Assembly: GCA_022823605.1 (NCBI GenBank)
Contig: JAJEHS010000004.1
Coordinates: 85,190-149,189, forward strand
Reading direction: 5' to 3'
Source of the DNA: Paracoccaceae bacterium
GTDB taxonomy: Bacteria > Pseudomonadota > Alphaproteobacteria > Rhodobacterales > Rhodobacteraceae
DNA length: 64,000 nt
The position numbers and the translations under genes were made by a program. Below the pieces are notes generated by a model. That model was not told where the DNA came from, did not search any database, and was given only the letters and a program-made list of their open reading frames with translations. Positions 6,636-15,483 of the stretch are shown piece after piece; position 1 is the first letter of the stretch; the number at the start of each line of letters is the position of its first letter.

Positions 6636-8486
6636 CTATTGCAGTTTACCGAATAGGTCCTTCCATTTATTTTCAAGATCATCGGCTACGTTAGATTTGA
6701 ACTTTTGCTTCACTCTTTTGCTAAGCTCAACTTTCCAGCCTAATTCAAGGGTTATCTGGTTGTCTTCGGCAAACTTCTCCAGTTGAGGCACAATTGGTTT
6801 ATTTGTGTCAATGGCATCAACATCAAGACCATCTTCGCTTTTGAACAAACGATCAAAACTATCTACGATGAGATCAACAGGGATTAAGTCCTCAATTTCT
6901 GATCCCGTTTTGCCTGTAAACGTATCAGATTCGATTACCTTGTCATTATCACCTTTATAAAGGCCCTGTTTTAAGCTCTGTTGAAACTGTTTTCCAGTAG
7001 CATCCGAATCCAATAAAGAAATAGGCAGATTACTATTATTGCCATGAATAATGGAAACAACAGGCTTTACACCCTTTGCCCCGCCCACAGGAATAAAGAC
7101 CAACTCTTTCTTAGGTGTAAATTTACCCTTTGAAACCAGATGGTTTTTTATCATTGTCAGGTAGAATTGGTCTGAAACACCCTCCACGATGACAATATCA
7201 CATCCAACAAGCAGGCTTTGAGAGGCCGTGATGCCAATCGCTGCATTAACAGGCTGAATAGCCTTTTTTTCCTTATCAGCTTTGCTTATATCGTTGGATG
7301 CTTTTGTGAGACCATTTTCTGTATAAACAGCCTTAACTCTGTCTAGGCTGTTATGATCAACAAGGAAAGGAAGATGCGTGGTGTAGATAAGCTGATTGTT
7401 CTGGGATAACTGCTCGAAAAAGCGGATTAAATCTGTTTGAGCATTGGGGTGGAGGCTTAAACCCGGCTCGTCCAGCAACAATATACAGTCACGATGGTTG
7501 TCTTTACTCTCTGCCAAGAACACGAGAAAAAAGCTGAAAAACCACTGCAAGCCTTTACTTCTGGATTCCAATTCAATTGGCGACGGTCGTTCACTATCAC
7601 TAACAAAAATCCTGAAATATTCTCCGTCGGCGTTAAAGCGGAATGTGTAATCTCCTTGGGTCCACCAATCTTTGAATTGAGAAGAAAGATAGGTCGCGGC
7701 TGATTCAATTTTAGCAAAACGTTCTTGTTTATTTCGAGACTCTTTCTCAATCGCTTCAGTAGTTTTCTGTTCGGGATCATTATTTGGCTTATTCTCTTGT
7801 CCAAGAGCTAATATCTCATCCGGGTTTAGGTTTAGGTGGCCGAACAATATTTTGAGGGTTCGCGCTTTCATGCGCTCCTTACCGCCCAGAGAGTCTATAC
7901 GAGCCAAGTCTTCTTTAACTCGCGGAAGATAGAGATCAGAATCCAGATTGCCGTATTCAGAGTAGTAAACAAATTTTGGAATGAGTTCACAAATCTCATC
8001 AAATAACTTGTTTCCAATAAAGTCTTGGATGTCTTCGGTTTTCTCTTGGCATTTTTCGTCAGAGACATGGATATAAAAATAACCCCTGTAATCCTTTTTG
8101 ATTAGCAGGAACTTTGACAGCTCAACTTTTTCTGGAAGTTCTTTTTTAGGGGTATCTTCTCCTTCATCAGATTCTTCTGGATTCAGGAATTCATCATATT
8201 TTGTATTGAAATCGACAAGCTCTTCATCGGTAATTTCAAAAAGAACCTCGATGAAGGGTTCTACTTTGCGCTCTCCATCAATTTTCGAATATTCGTCTCG
8301 CGGATAATCTAAAAGTAAATCGATCTTAGTTGAATTATCAGCCGGGTTAAACTTCCAGAGTGGAAGCAGAAGGTTTGTTTTACCAGATTCGTTCACACCA
8401 ACGAAGCACGTCCATTGATCTGTTTCGATCCAATCTGTCCCTTTGACAGAGCGAAACTTATTAACTTTGTACTTCAACAGGCGCAT
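6636..8486 (-). CDS. OLD-family ATP-dependent nuclease (ABC-type ATPase plus C-terminal Toprim domain)
   Basis: Walker A GVNESGKTN. Walker B/D-loop region ILLLDEPGLSLHP. Toprim signatures IVIVEGVSDQFYL and LLDSDATGKQ. 616 aa. No helicase gene adjacent. Confidence 0.85.
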   Translation of the reverse strand: MRLLKYKVNKFRSVKGTDWIETDQWTCFVGVNESGKTNLLLPLWKFNPADNSTKIDLLLDYPRDEYSKIDGERKVEPFIEVLFEITDEELVDFNTKYDEFLNPEESDEGEDTPKKELPEKVELSKFLLIKKDYRGYFYIHVSDEKCQEKTEDIQDFIGNKLFDEICELIPKFVYYSEYGNLDSDLYLPRVKEDLARIDSLGGKERMKARTLKILFGHLNLNPDEILALGQENKPNNDPEQKTTEAIEKESRNKQERFAKIESAATYLSSQFKDWWTQGDYTFRFNADGEYFRIFVSDSERPSPIELESRSKGLQWFFSFFLVFLAESKDNHRDCILLLDEPGLSLHPNAQTDLIRFFEQLSQNNQLIYTTHLPFLVDHNSLDRVKAVYTENGLTKASNDISKADKEKKAIQPVNAAIGITASQSLLVGCDIVIVEGVSDQFYLTMIKNHLVSKGKFTPKKELVFIPVGGAKGVKPVVSIIHGNNSNLPISLLDSDATGKQFQQSLKQGLYKGDNDKVIESDTFTGKTGSEIEDLIPVDLIVDSFDRLFKSEDGLDVDAIDTNKPIVPQLEKFAEDNQITLELGWKVELSKRVKQKFKSNVADDLENKWKDLFGKLQ

Positions 8487-8597
8487 TATTAAACCTCCAG
8501 TATTAAATTCGTCATTGGCATCAAAACCACTTGCTTGTTTCCATATTTTCCGTTATTTTCATAATATAGCTCAATTTTGATTAAGGTTCAATGCACA

Positions 8598-8795
8598 ATG
8601 GCAGATGATGAGATCTTTACCATTAAAGAGGTGGCAACCTATCTGAAGCTCGCTGAGAAGACAGCGTATCGCCTTGCTTCGGAAGGAAAGTTGCCGGGTT
8701 TTAAGGTGGGCGGTTCATGGCGCTTTCGGAAAAGTGAGGTTGATGCATGGATAAAAGAACAAGAACTCAAAGCTAAAGGGGTAATTAGAGGATAG
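8598..8795 (+). CDS. excisionase-family / MerR-like helix-turn-helix DNA-binding protein
   Basis: FTIKEVATYLKLAEKTAYRLASEGKLPGFKVGGSWRFRKSEVDAWI matches the excisionase-type HTH pattern. ATG 8598 is preferred over the track TTG 8577. Divergent from the OLD gene. Confidence 0.75.
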   Translation: MADDEIFTIKEVATYLKLAEKTAYRLASEGKLPGFKVGGSWRFRKSEVDAWIKEQELKAKGVIRG

Positions 8796-8796
8796 C

Positions 8797-8816
8797 AAAA
8801 AAAAGCGGCAGCGCCG
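8797..8816 (-). terminator. possible intrinsic terminator downstream of tRNA-Ser (weak stem, long U tract)
   Basis: On the minus strand the stem CGGC-gct-GCCG is followed by C-T8 (the plus strand shows A8 at 8797-8804). The stem is only 4 bp. Confidence 0.3.
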
Positions 8817-8833
8817 AAAAAACAGAAGTCTAA

Positions 8834-8923
8834 TGGCGGAGGGGGTGGGATTCGAACCCACGGTGGAGAATCCCCCACTCCGGTTTTCAAGACCGGTGCA
8901 TTAGACCACTCTGCCACCCCTCC
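8834..8923 (-). tRNA. tRNA-Ser (anticodon UGA)
   Basis: Reverse complement GGAGGGGTGGCAGAGTGG...CCGGT-CTTGAAA-ACCGG...long variable arm...GGGTTCGAATCCC...CCCCTCC-G-CCA. 90 nt with encoded CCA. Confidence 0.92.
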
Positions 8924-9089
8924 AAGGTGAATTTAAAGTACAAATTCAATCCACTGATATGATTTGACTTAAATGTTTAGGGGTTTAATTCTTACCGAAG
9001 GTAGATAAGAATTAGAATATTATAATTTAAGAAGATTAAGAATAAATATTTGTATATTTGTTCTGCCCAGGAAATTCAGGAATGAGGCT

Positions 9090-10271
9090 ATGAAATTATT
9101 CCTCAAATCTCTCACTATTTTAGTTGCAATTTCAGCCCTTGCACTACCGGCCAGTTCATTTGAAACTTCTGGCAAAACAATTCTTGTCGGGGATTTTGAT
9201 TCTGGATTGATACTGGTTGAAAAAAATATCGATACCCCCTTCCCTCCAGCATCACTTTCCAAACTCATGACTCTCTACTTGGTATTTGAGGCATTGGAAG
9301 ATAATCAATTGAAATTGGATGATCGATTACTGGTTTCAGATTTTGCCTACAGATCATATCGTGGTGGTTCCACAATGTATTTGGATACGACAGACAGGCC
9401 CACGGTCGAAGAATTGATACGCGGTGTTGTAGTATTATCCGGAAATGATGCCTGTGTTGTCTTGGCCGAAGCATTGTCACCTACAGGAAATGAAAAGGGC
9501 TTTGTTCAATTGATGAATGAGAAGGCCAAGGAATTGGGTTTGACCAATTCAATATTTGCAAATTCAAATGGATGGCCTGATCCAAAACAAAAAATGAGCA
9601 GTAGGGATTTATATGTTTTGACCAGGAAGTTAATCTCGGATTTCCCAGAATATTACAAGTATTTTGCGGAAAAGGAATTCCCCTTTGACAATAGAACTCC
9701 AGCCAATAGGTTCAATCGAAATCCCCTTTTGAAAAAGGATGTGGTTGGAGCCGATGGGTTGAAAACCGGATATACAAGTGATGCAGGCTACGGTCTCGTT
9801 GGGTCCGCAATACGTGATGGCAGAAGAATGATTTTTGTTATCAATGGATTGCCAAGCTCAAAGCAAAGAAGCGACGAGGGAGAAGCCATAATTGAATGGT
9901 ATTTTCGTCAATTTCGACAAGTTACTTTAATTGAGAAGGAGCAGGAAATAATCGTGGCTCCGGTATGGCTTGGAAGCACTAAGGAGGTCCGATTAGGACT
10001 GGCGGAAGATTTGTCAGTCCTGATACCTGTTGCAAACAAGGATAACCTTGAAGTCAGTGCCCATATAGACAATTTTACACACGCTCCAATAAGCAAGGGT
10101 GATGAAATCGGGTATTTGAAAATTGTCATACCGGATTTTGATCAAACGATTGAAGTACCTATGATCGCCCTTGAAGATATAGAAATAGGTACGATTATCG
10201 ATCGGGTTGAAGCGGCCATTTGGTCCTTGATATGGAAATATTTTCCAGAAGAAAGTGAACCTGCTAGCTGA
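9090..10271 (+). CDS. dacA: D-alanyl-D-alanine carboxypeptidase (PBP5/6-like, S11 family)
   Basis: Signal peptide. SxxK (SLSKLM), SxN (SGND) and KTG (LKTGYT) motifs in order. Confidence 0.88.
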   Translation: MKLFLKSLTILVAISALALPASSFETSGKTILVGDFDSGLILVEKNIDTPFPPASLSKLMTLYLVFEALEDNQLKLDDRLLVSDFAYRSYRGGSTMYLDTTDRPTVEELIRGVVVLSGNDACVVLAEALSPTGNEKGFVQLMNEKAKELGLTNSIFANSNGWPDPKQKMSSRDLYVLTRKLISDFPEYYKYFAEKEFPFDNRTPANRFNRNPLLKKDVVGADGLKTGYTSDAGYGLVGSAIRDGRRMIFVINGLPSSKQRSDEGEAIIEWYFRQFRQVTLIEKEQEIIVAPVWLGSTKEVRLGLAEDLSVLIPVANKDNLEVSAHIDNFTHAPISKGDEIGYLKIVIPDFDQTIEVPMIALEDIEIGTIIDRVEAAIWSLIWKYFPEESEPAS

Positions 10272-10897
10272 TGACTTACAAAGGGAAATTCATAACATTC
10301 GAGGGAATTGATGGAGCAGGCAAATCCACTCAGGTCAAACTTCTGCAGCAAAACCTGAAGAGCAAAGGAATTGATTGTATTGTTACCAGAGAACCTGGTG
10401 GTTCCACCGGAAGTGAAAAACTACGCAAAATTCTTGTTGATAAAAACAAATACAATTGGTCAAATCTATCCGAACTTTTACTGTTCTTTGCAGCTAGGAA
10501 AGATCATGTTGAAAAAACAATCCTTCCGGCCCTTCATGAGGGTAAAATTGTAATTTGTGATCGATTTACTGATTCCACTCGTGTCTATCAAAGTCAAGGA
10601 AAGCAGGATTTGGGTAAATTTATCGAATTGCTTCAATCCGAGGTTATTCAACTTGATCCAGACTTGACCTTCATTCTGCGGGTTAATCCTGAAATTTCAC
10701 TGCAAAGAACAAACAGCCGTCAGGAAGGGGACTGGAGAGTAAGCAAACTCTCAACTGAAAGATTGATGCAAGTCATCAATGATTTTTCTGACCTGACAAA
10801 GCAATTCCCTAATCGTTGTTTTGAAATATCCACTGAAACAAGTCCAGAAGAATCGGCAAAAAAAATACTTGAACGAACAATGGAAATACTAGAGTGA
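10271..10897 (+). CDS. tmk: thymidylate kinase
   Basis: P-loop FEGIDGAGKST and the DRFTDST motif. ATGA-type overlap with the dacA stop. Confidence 0.9.
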   Translation: MTYKGKFITFEGIDGAGKSTQVKLLQQNLKSKGIDCIVTREPGGSTGSEKLRKILVDKNKYNWSNLSELLLFFAARKDHVEKTILPALHEGKIVICDRFTDSTRVYQSQGKQDLGKFIELLQSEVIQLDPDLTFILRVNPEISLQRTNSRQEGDWRVSKLSTERLMQVINDFSDLTKQFPNRCFEISTETSPEESAKKILERTMEILE

Positions 10898-11988
10898 ACC
10901 CGGAGGAATTTGAATCTGACAAGCTTGAAGGGGTTCCCCACCCCAGATTTTCCAGACGGGTAATCGGTCAGGAAAAGGTCAAGAATCAATTCCTCCAGGC
11001 TTACAATCAGAACAGAATGCATCATGCATGGTTGATGTGTGGACCAAGAGGTATCGGCAAAGCCACATTGACTTGGCATCTTACTAAATTGCTTTTGACC
11101 AGCAATCGTTCGGGAATACTTGATACAGGTGATATCAACATCAACTTTGATGATCCGGTGGTTTCAAGGATTGAAGCCTTGTCGGAACCTCACCTTAAAC
11201 TCATAAGAAAAAATTTTGATACAAAAACCAAAAAGGTCAAGGCAGAAATCACGGTCGATAATATCAGGGAACTGGTTGAATTTTTTGAGTTCACTTCTCC
11301 AGATGGCAAACCAAGGATCGCCATAATCGATTCAATAGATGAGTTAAATGTCAATGCATCCAATGCCTTATTAAAGGTATTGGAAGAACCACCATACAAT
11401 TCATATTTCTTTCTTGTCAGTCACTCACCTGAATCCCTGTTGCCGACGATCAGAAGCAGATGTTTGGCCGTTCATTGCGAAAATTTGGGTGCTGAGGATC
11501 AACTGTACCTGTTGAATGAATTCGGATTTATCTTGGATGCCCAGGTCAAGAAAGTAGTAAGGGTTTCTCAGGGTTCAGTTGGTGAAGCTATCAGAATCAT
11601 CAATCAGGATGGTTTGAAATTGTATGCATCGATTGTAGAAATCTATAAGGACCTACCCCAAATTGAAGTTTCCAGTATTCTTGAAATAGCTTCAAAAACA
11701 GAAGGTGCAGGAAAGCAGGAATTGACTGAAACAATCAACAAGTTAACGATCCATTTTGTATCTAGACTGGTCAAGGCCGGTGTGAAGGGTAAAATGTCGA
11801 GTGAGATTTTTTCAGGAGAAAACATCATTTTGAACAAGCTCTCGCCAAATTTTGAAAAGTCCCATGAATGGGCCATGCTTTATTCAAGAATGCTTACCAA
11901 GGCCAAGGATTATCAGGATAGTAATATTGATGGCTATTCACAGGTTTTTGAAGACCTAATTGATATCAAGAAAATAGCAACACTGTAG
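10894..11988 (+). CDS. holB: DNA polymerase III delta-prime subunit
   Basis: HHAWLMCGPRGIGKATL and NVNASNALLKVLEEPP motifs. The tmk-holB order is typical. Confidence 0.85.
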   Translation: MNPEEFESDKLEGVPHPRFSRRVIGQEKVKNQFLQAYNQNRMHHAWLMCGPRGIGKATLTWHLTKLLLTSNRSGILDTGDININFDDPVVSRIEALSEPHLKLIRKNFDTKTKKVKAEITVDNIRELVEFFEFTSPDGKPRIAIIDSIDELNVNASNALLKVLEEPPYNSYFFLVSHSPESLLPTIRSRCLAVHCENLGAEDQLYLLNEFGFILDAQVKKVVRVSQGSVGEAIRIINQDGLKLYASIVEIYKDLPQIEVSSILEIASKTEGAGKQELTETINKLTIHFVSRLVKAGVKGKMSSEIFSGENIILNKLSPNFEKSHEWAMLYSRMLTKAKDYQDSNIDGYSQVFEDLIDIKKIATL

Positions 11989-11999
11989 AAGTTCTCCCC

Positions 12000-12794
12000 A
12001 TGTCCCCTCTTCATCAAGCCAAAATAGTGGATAGTCATTGCCATCTTGATTTTCCCGAGATTTTGGAGGAACTCGACCAGGTTATTGAGAGAGCACGACA
12101 AGCAGGGGTCAATCGGATGGTAACCATTTGTACCAAGCCTTCAAAGAATAGAGCAACCCTTGATATTGCTGAACAATATCCTGAAGTATATTTTACCCAG
12201 GGTATTCATCCACACTATGCGGCAACGGAACCCAAGTTGAGTGTTGATGAACTTCTTGCACTTTCTGTGCACCCAAAAATGATAGGGATTGGTGAAAGCG
12301 GTCTGGATTATTACTACACCAAGGAAACGGCAAAATCCCAACAGGACAGTTTTTTGAATCATATCATGGCATCACAAATATCGGGATTGCCCTTGATCGT
12401 ACATTCCAGAAATGCAGACGAGGATATGGCCTCGATTCTGAAGCGGGAATATGAAAAAAAGCCGTTTTCATGTGTAATGCATTGTTTTTCCTCAAGTAGG
12501 AAGTTGGCAGAGGAATGCCTTGAGATGGGATTTTATCTTTCGTTTTCGGGCATTCTGACTTTTAGAAGTGCCATTGAATTGCAGGAAATTTTTCTGTTCA
12601 CTCCAAGAGACAGGATACTTATTGAAACCGATTCCCCATATTTGGCCCCAGTTCCGTTTCGTGGCAAACGAAATGAGCCCGCATTTGTAAGTAAAATTGC
12701 TGATTTTGGAGCCAACCTTCTAAATCTTGAAACGGAGGCCTTTGCAGAAATAACCACGACCAATTTTTACCGTCTGTTCAGTACTGCCGGGTGA
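12000..12794 (+). CDS. tatD: TatD-family metal-dependent hydrolase/DNase
   Basis: DSHCHLDF, GESGLDYYY, VHSR, MHCFSS and ETDSPYLAPVPFRGKRNEPA motifs. Confidence 0.88.
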   Translation: MSPLHQAKIVDSHCHLDFPEILEELDQVIERARQAGVNRMVTICTKPSKNRATLDIAEQYPEVYFTQGIHPHYAATEPKLSVDELLALSVHPKMIGIGESGLDYYYTKETAKSQQDSFLNHIMASQISGLPLIVHSRNADEDMASILKREYEKKPFSCVMHCFSSSRKLAEECLEMGFYLSFSGILTFRSAIELQEIFLFTPRDRILIETDSPYLAPVPFRGKRNEPAFVSKIADFGANLLNLETEAFAEITTTNFYRLFSTAG

Positions 12795-12801
12795 AGTCGA
12801 A

Positions 12802-13599
12802 GTGAGCATTCTGCATTTTACCATTTTAGGTTGTGGTTCTTCCGGGGGAGTTCCAAGAGTTGGAGGATTATGGGGTGACTGTGATCCAGAAAATCCTAAA
12901 AACAGGCGGTCGCGATGTTCTCTCTTGGTAGAACTGATTTCGAATAGTAGAACAACAAGGGTTTTGATAGACACTTCCCCAGATCTCAGGGAACAGTTGC
13001 TGAGCGCTGGTGTTGGTACCCTTGATGGTGTTGTTTTTACTCATCCACATGCTGATCATGTAAATGGGCTGGATGATCTCAGGGTAGTATATATCAACCA
13101 ACGAAAGAGAGTTCCGGTCTGGGCCAACAAGTTTACAAGTGATGCCCTGCTCGCCCGTTTCAATTATGCCTTTATCCAACCAGAAGGAAGTCCCTACCCA
13201 CCGATCTTGGAACTGAACAGGCTTCAGGGGCCAATAAGAGTTGATGGTGAGGCAGGTTCAATCGAATTCGTCCCTTTTGCGGTAGAACACGGGAATATCA
13301 CTAGCTATGGATTTAAAATTGGACCACTGGTTTATCTACCCGACATATCGGAAATGAATGATGAAGCATGGTCATTTGTTCAGGATATTCCATGTTGGAT
13401 TGTTGATGCGCTCAGAAGAGAACCTCATCCCAGTCATTCACATCTTTCAAGAACCCTGGAGTGGATAGCAAAAGCTTCTCCGAGGCGGGCAATCCTAACC
13501 AATATGCATATCGACCTGGATTATGAAACCATAGCGAATGAAACGCCGGGTAATGTCGAACCGGCTTATGATGGACTAACCATATCCTTTGAGGTTTGA
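12802..13599 (+). CDS. MBL-fold metallo-hydrolase (PhnP/GPP-like)
   Basis: GCGSSGGVPR N-terminus and the HxHxDH motif as THPHADHVNG. Confidence 0.8.
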   Translation: MSILHFTILGCGSSGGVPRVGGLWGDCDPENPKNRRSRCSLLVELISNSRTTRVLIDTSPDLREQLLSAGVGTLDGVVFTHPHADHVNGLDDLRVVYINQRKRVPVWANKFTSDALLARFNYAFIQPEGSPYPPILELNRLQGPIRVDGEAGSIEFVPFAVEHGNITSYGFKIGPLVYLPDISEMNDEAWSFVQDIPCWIVDALRREPHPSHSHLSRTLEWIAKASPRRAILTNMHIDLDYETIANETPGNVEPAYDGLTISFEV

Positions 13600-14533
13600 T
13601 TTGCAAATCCTCCTTGAAGTTACAACCCCGATATTCCTGATCATAGGAGGTGGATATCTTGTTACTCATCTGGGGTACATGAGACTATCTGCTGCCGAAG
13701 GTTTGTTGTTTTTTGTTCAGAACATTGCCCTCCCGGTCATGTTGTTTAACGCAATGTCCAAAATCGATCTGGGTGTGGGTTTCAATTATAAATTCCTGCT
13801 TTCCTTTTATACCGGATGTCTGCTTAGCTTCATAATCGCCCTGACGATTTCCTATTTATATTTCAAGCGCCCATGGGAAGATTCAGTTGTCATTGCGTTT
13901 GCTGCTCTGTTTGGCAATACAGTCCTTTTGGGTCTTGCAGTCGTTGATAGAGCATTAGGAACCGATTCATTGACCGGTACCTATATAATTGTAGCGTTGC
14001 ATGCCCCCTTCTGTTTTCTTGTAGGTATAACCACCATGGAGTTATACAAATCACGCGCGACGACAGGTCGCCCCGTAATAATTTCGCTTGTATCCCTCAT
14101 TTGGAAAAACGCCATCCTGATGGGCATGATTCTGGGACTGATTTTCAACTTGTTGGGATTGAGTCTACCCGAAGTCCTGGCAGTACCCGTGAATATGGTA
14201 GCAGGGTCTGCCATTCCTGCAGCCCTGTTTGCATTGGGTGGTATTCTCTCTCAATACAAACCCACCGGTGATTTTAAAATCATTGCAATGGTTTGCTTTC
14301 TGACCCTAATTTTTCATCCATTTGTCGCCTGGGTATTGTCAAGCCTAGTCTTCGACATACCCAAGCCACTTATACAAAGCGCTGTAATTACAGCCTCGAT
14401 GCCACCCGGACTGAATGCCTTTTTCTTCGCTTCGATTTACGGTCGAGGTACCAGAATTGCTGCGTCCTCGGTACTGGTTGGGACAGTCATGGCAGTCTTC
14501 ACTTCGTCCATTATCCTTTATCTTATTGCCTGA
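13589..14533 (+). CDS. AEC (auxin efflux carrier) family transporter
   Basis: About 10 predicted hydrophobic segments, with N-terminal and C-terminal halves typical of the AEC family. The exact start is uncertain (TTG). Confidence 0.7.
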   Translation: MRFDLQILLEVTTPIFLIIGGGYLVTHLGYMRLSAAEGLLFFVQNIALPVMLFNAMSKIDLGVGFNYKFLLSFYTGCLLSFIIALTISYLYFKRPWEDSVVIAFAALFGNTVLLGLAVVDRALGTDSLTGTYIIVALHAPFCFLVGITTMELYKSRATTGRPVIISLVSLIWKNAILMGMILGLIFNLLGLSLPEVLAVPVNMVAGSAIPAALFALGGILSQYKPTGDFKIIAMVCFLTLIFHPFVAWVLSSLVFDIPKPLIQSAVITASMPPGLNAFFFASIYGRGTRIAASSVLVGTVMAVFTSSIILYLIA

Positions 14534-14624
14534 AATCGTCTCTAGCAGACAAAGATAAATCCATTTCTTGCTGTAGCGGTGATGATTACAAATTATCCGC
14601 AAGTGAATTGTGGATAAACGAGAT

Positions 14625-15479
14625 TTAACTTGGTGAAATTCCCCGCAATCGTTCTGACCTTCTGCGTAGTATTTCGATTGTTGAAAGAAGTAATACGGAT
14701 AGGGTTATCAAAATGGTTGCGATGGCCAAAATGGTTGGGCTGATCTGTTCCCTCAGGCCATTGAACATCTCCCAAGGTAAGGTTTTCAAACTTGCTGAAC
14801 CAACAAAAAGAACAACTACGACTTCATCAAATGATGTTATGAAGGCGAACAGTCCACCTGATATCACGCCAGGCAGTATCAGGGGCATCTGTATTTTGAA
14901 GAATGTCCTGATTGGCCCAGCCCCCAAACTAGCAGAAGCTCTTGTCAGGCTTTTGTCAAATCCGGTAAGCGTGGCCGTAACGGTAATGATGACAAAGGGA
15001 ATCCCAAGGGCAGCATGAGCCAGGACGACCCCGATATAGGTCCCCTGCAAGCCAATTCGTGAATAAAAGAAGTACATACCAGCCGCTGATAGGATCAGTG
15101 GAACAATCATGGGTGAGATCAGGATGGCCATGATGGTCCTGCGAAAGGGTACATGGCTTTGACTGAGCCCGATAGCGGCAAGAGTGCCAAAACCAACCGA
15201 CAACAAGGTAGCTACAGGAGCAATTCTGAAGGAGTTGTACATGGCAACCTGCCAATCGGGATTGGTGAAAAAATCCCGGTAATGTTTCAGGGAAAAACCC
15301 TCGATTTCCAGCCGGAGCATTTCCGGTGTGAAGGTAAAATAATTGCCGGCATTGAAACTGAGGGGCATGATGACCAGAATGGGAAACATGAGGAAGAAAA
15401 AAATCAATCCGCAAATGACCCTGAAAATGTAATACCAAGCCTTGTCGGATTTAGTGTCATAGGGTTGAAAATTCGCCAT
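14625..15479 (-). CDS. ABC transporter permease (PotC/PotI-like)
   Basis: Six-TM binding-protein-dependent permease with an EAA-like loop (SLTRASASLGAGPIRTFFKIQMP). Confidence 0.85.
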   Translation of the reverse strand: MANFQPYDTKSDKAWYYIFRVICGLIFFFLMFPILVIMPLSFNAGNYFTFTPEMLRLEIEGFSLKHYRDFFTNPDWQVAMYNSFRIAPVATLLSVGFGTLAAIGLSQSHVPFRRTIMAILISPMIVPLILSAAGMYFFYSRIGLQGTYIGVVLAHAALGIPFVIITVTATLTGFDKSLTRASASLGAGPIRTFFKIQMPLILPGVISGGLFAFITSFDEVVVVLFVGSASLKTLPWEMFNGLREQISPTILAIATILITLSVLLLSTIEILRRRSERLRGISPS

Positions 15480-15483
15480 GCTC

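Noticed and set aside
6636-8486. Calling the OLD nuclease a Gabija (GajA) system
   Set aside because: No UvrD-like helicase (GajB) ORF exists anywhere in the island. Without the partner the system call is not supported.
8639-8917. 92-aa ORF on the minus strand spanning the HTH gene and tRNA-Ser
   Set aside because: It overlaps a confidently identified tRNA and the antisense strand of the HTH gene. It is an artefact of the GC-rich tRNA sequence.
14956-15438. Long ORFs overlapping or antisense to real genes (14956-15438, 15153-15593, 17526-17906, 27928-28398, 51077-51487, 52460-52888, 54322-54891, 57674-58039 and others)
   Set aside because: They lie inside well-supported genes on the other strand or in another frame, have no recognisable motifs, and show the skewed Ser/Pro/Arg-rich composition typical of shadow ORFs.
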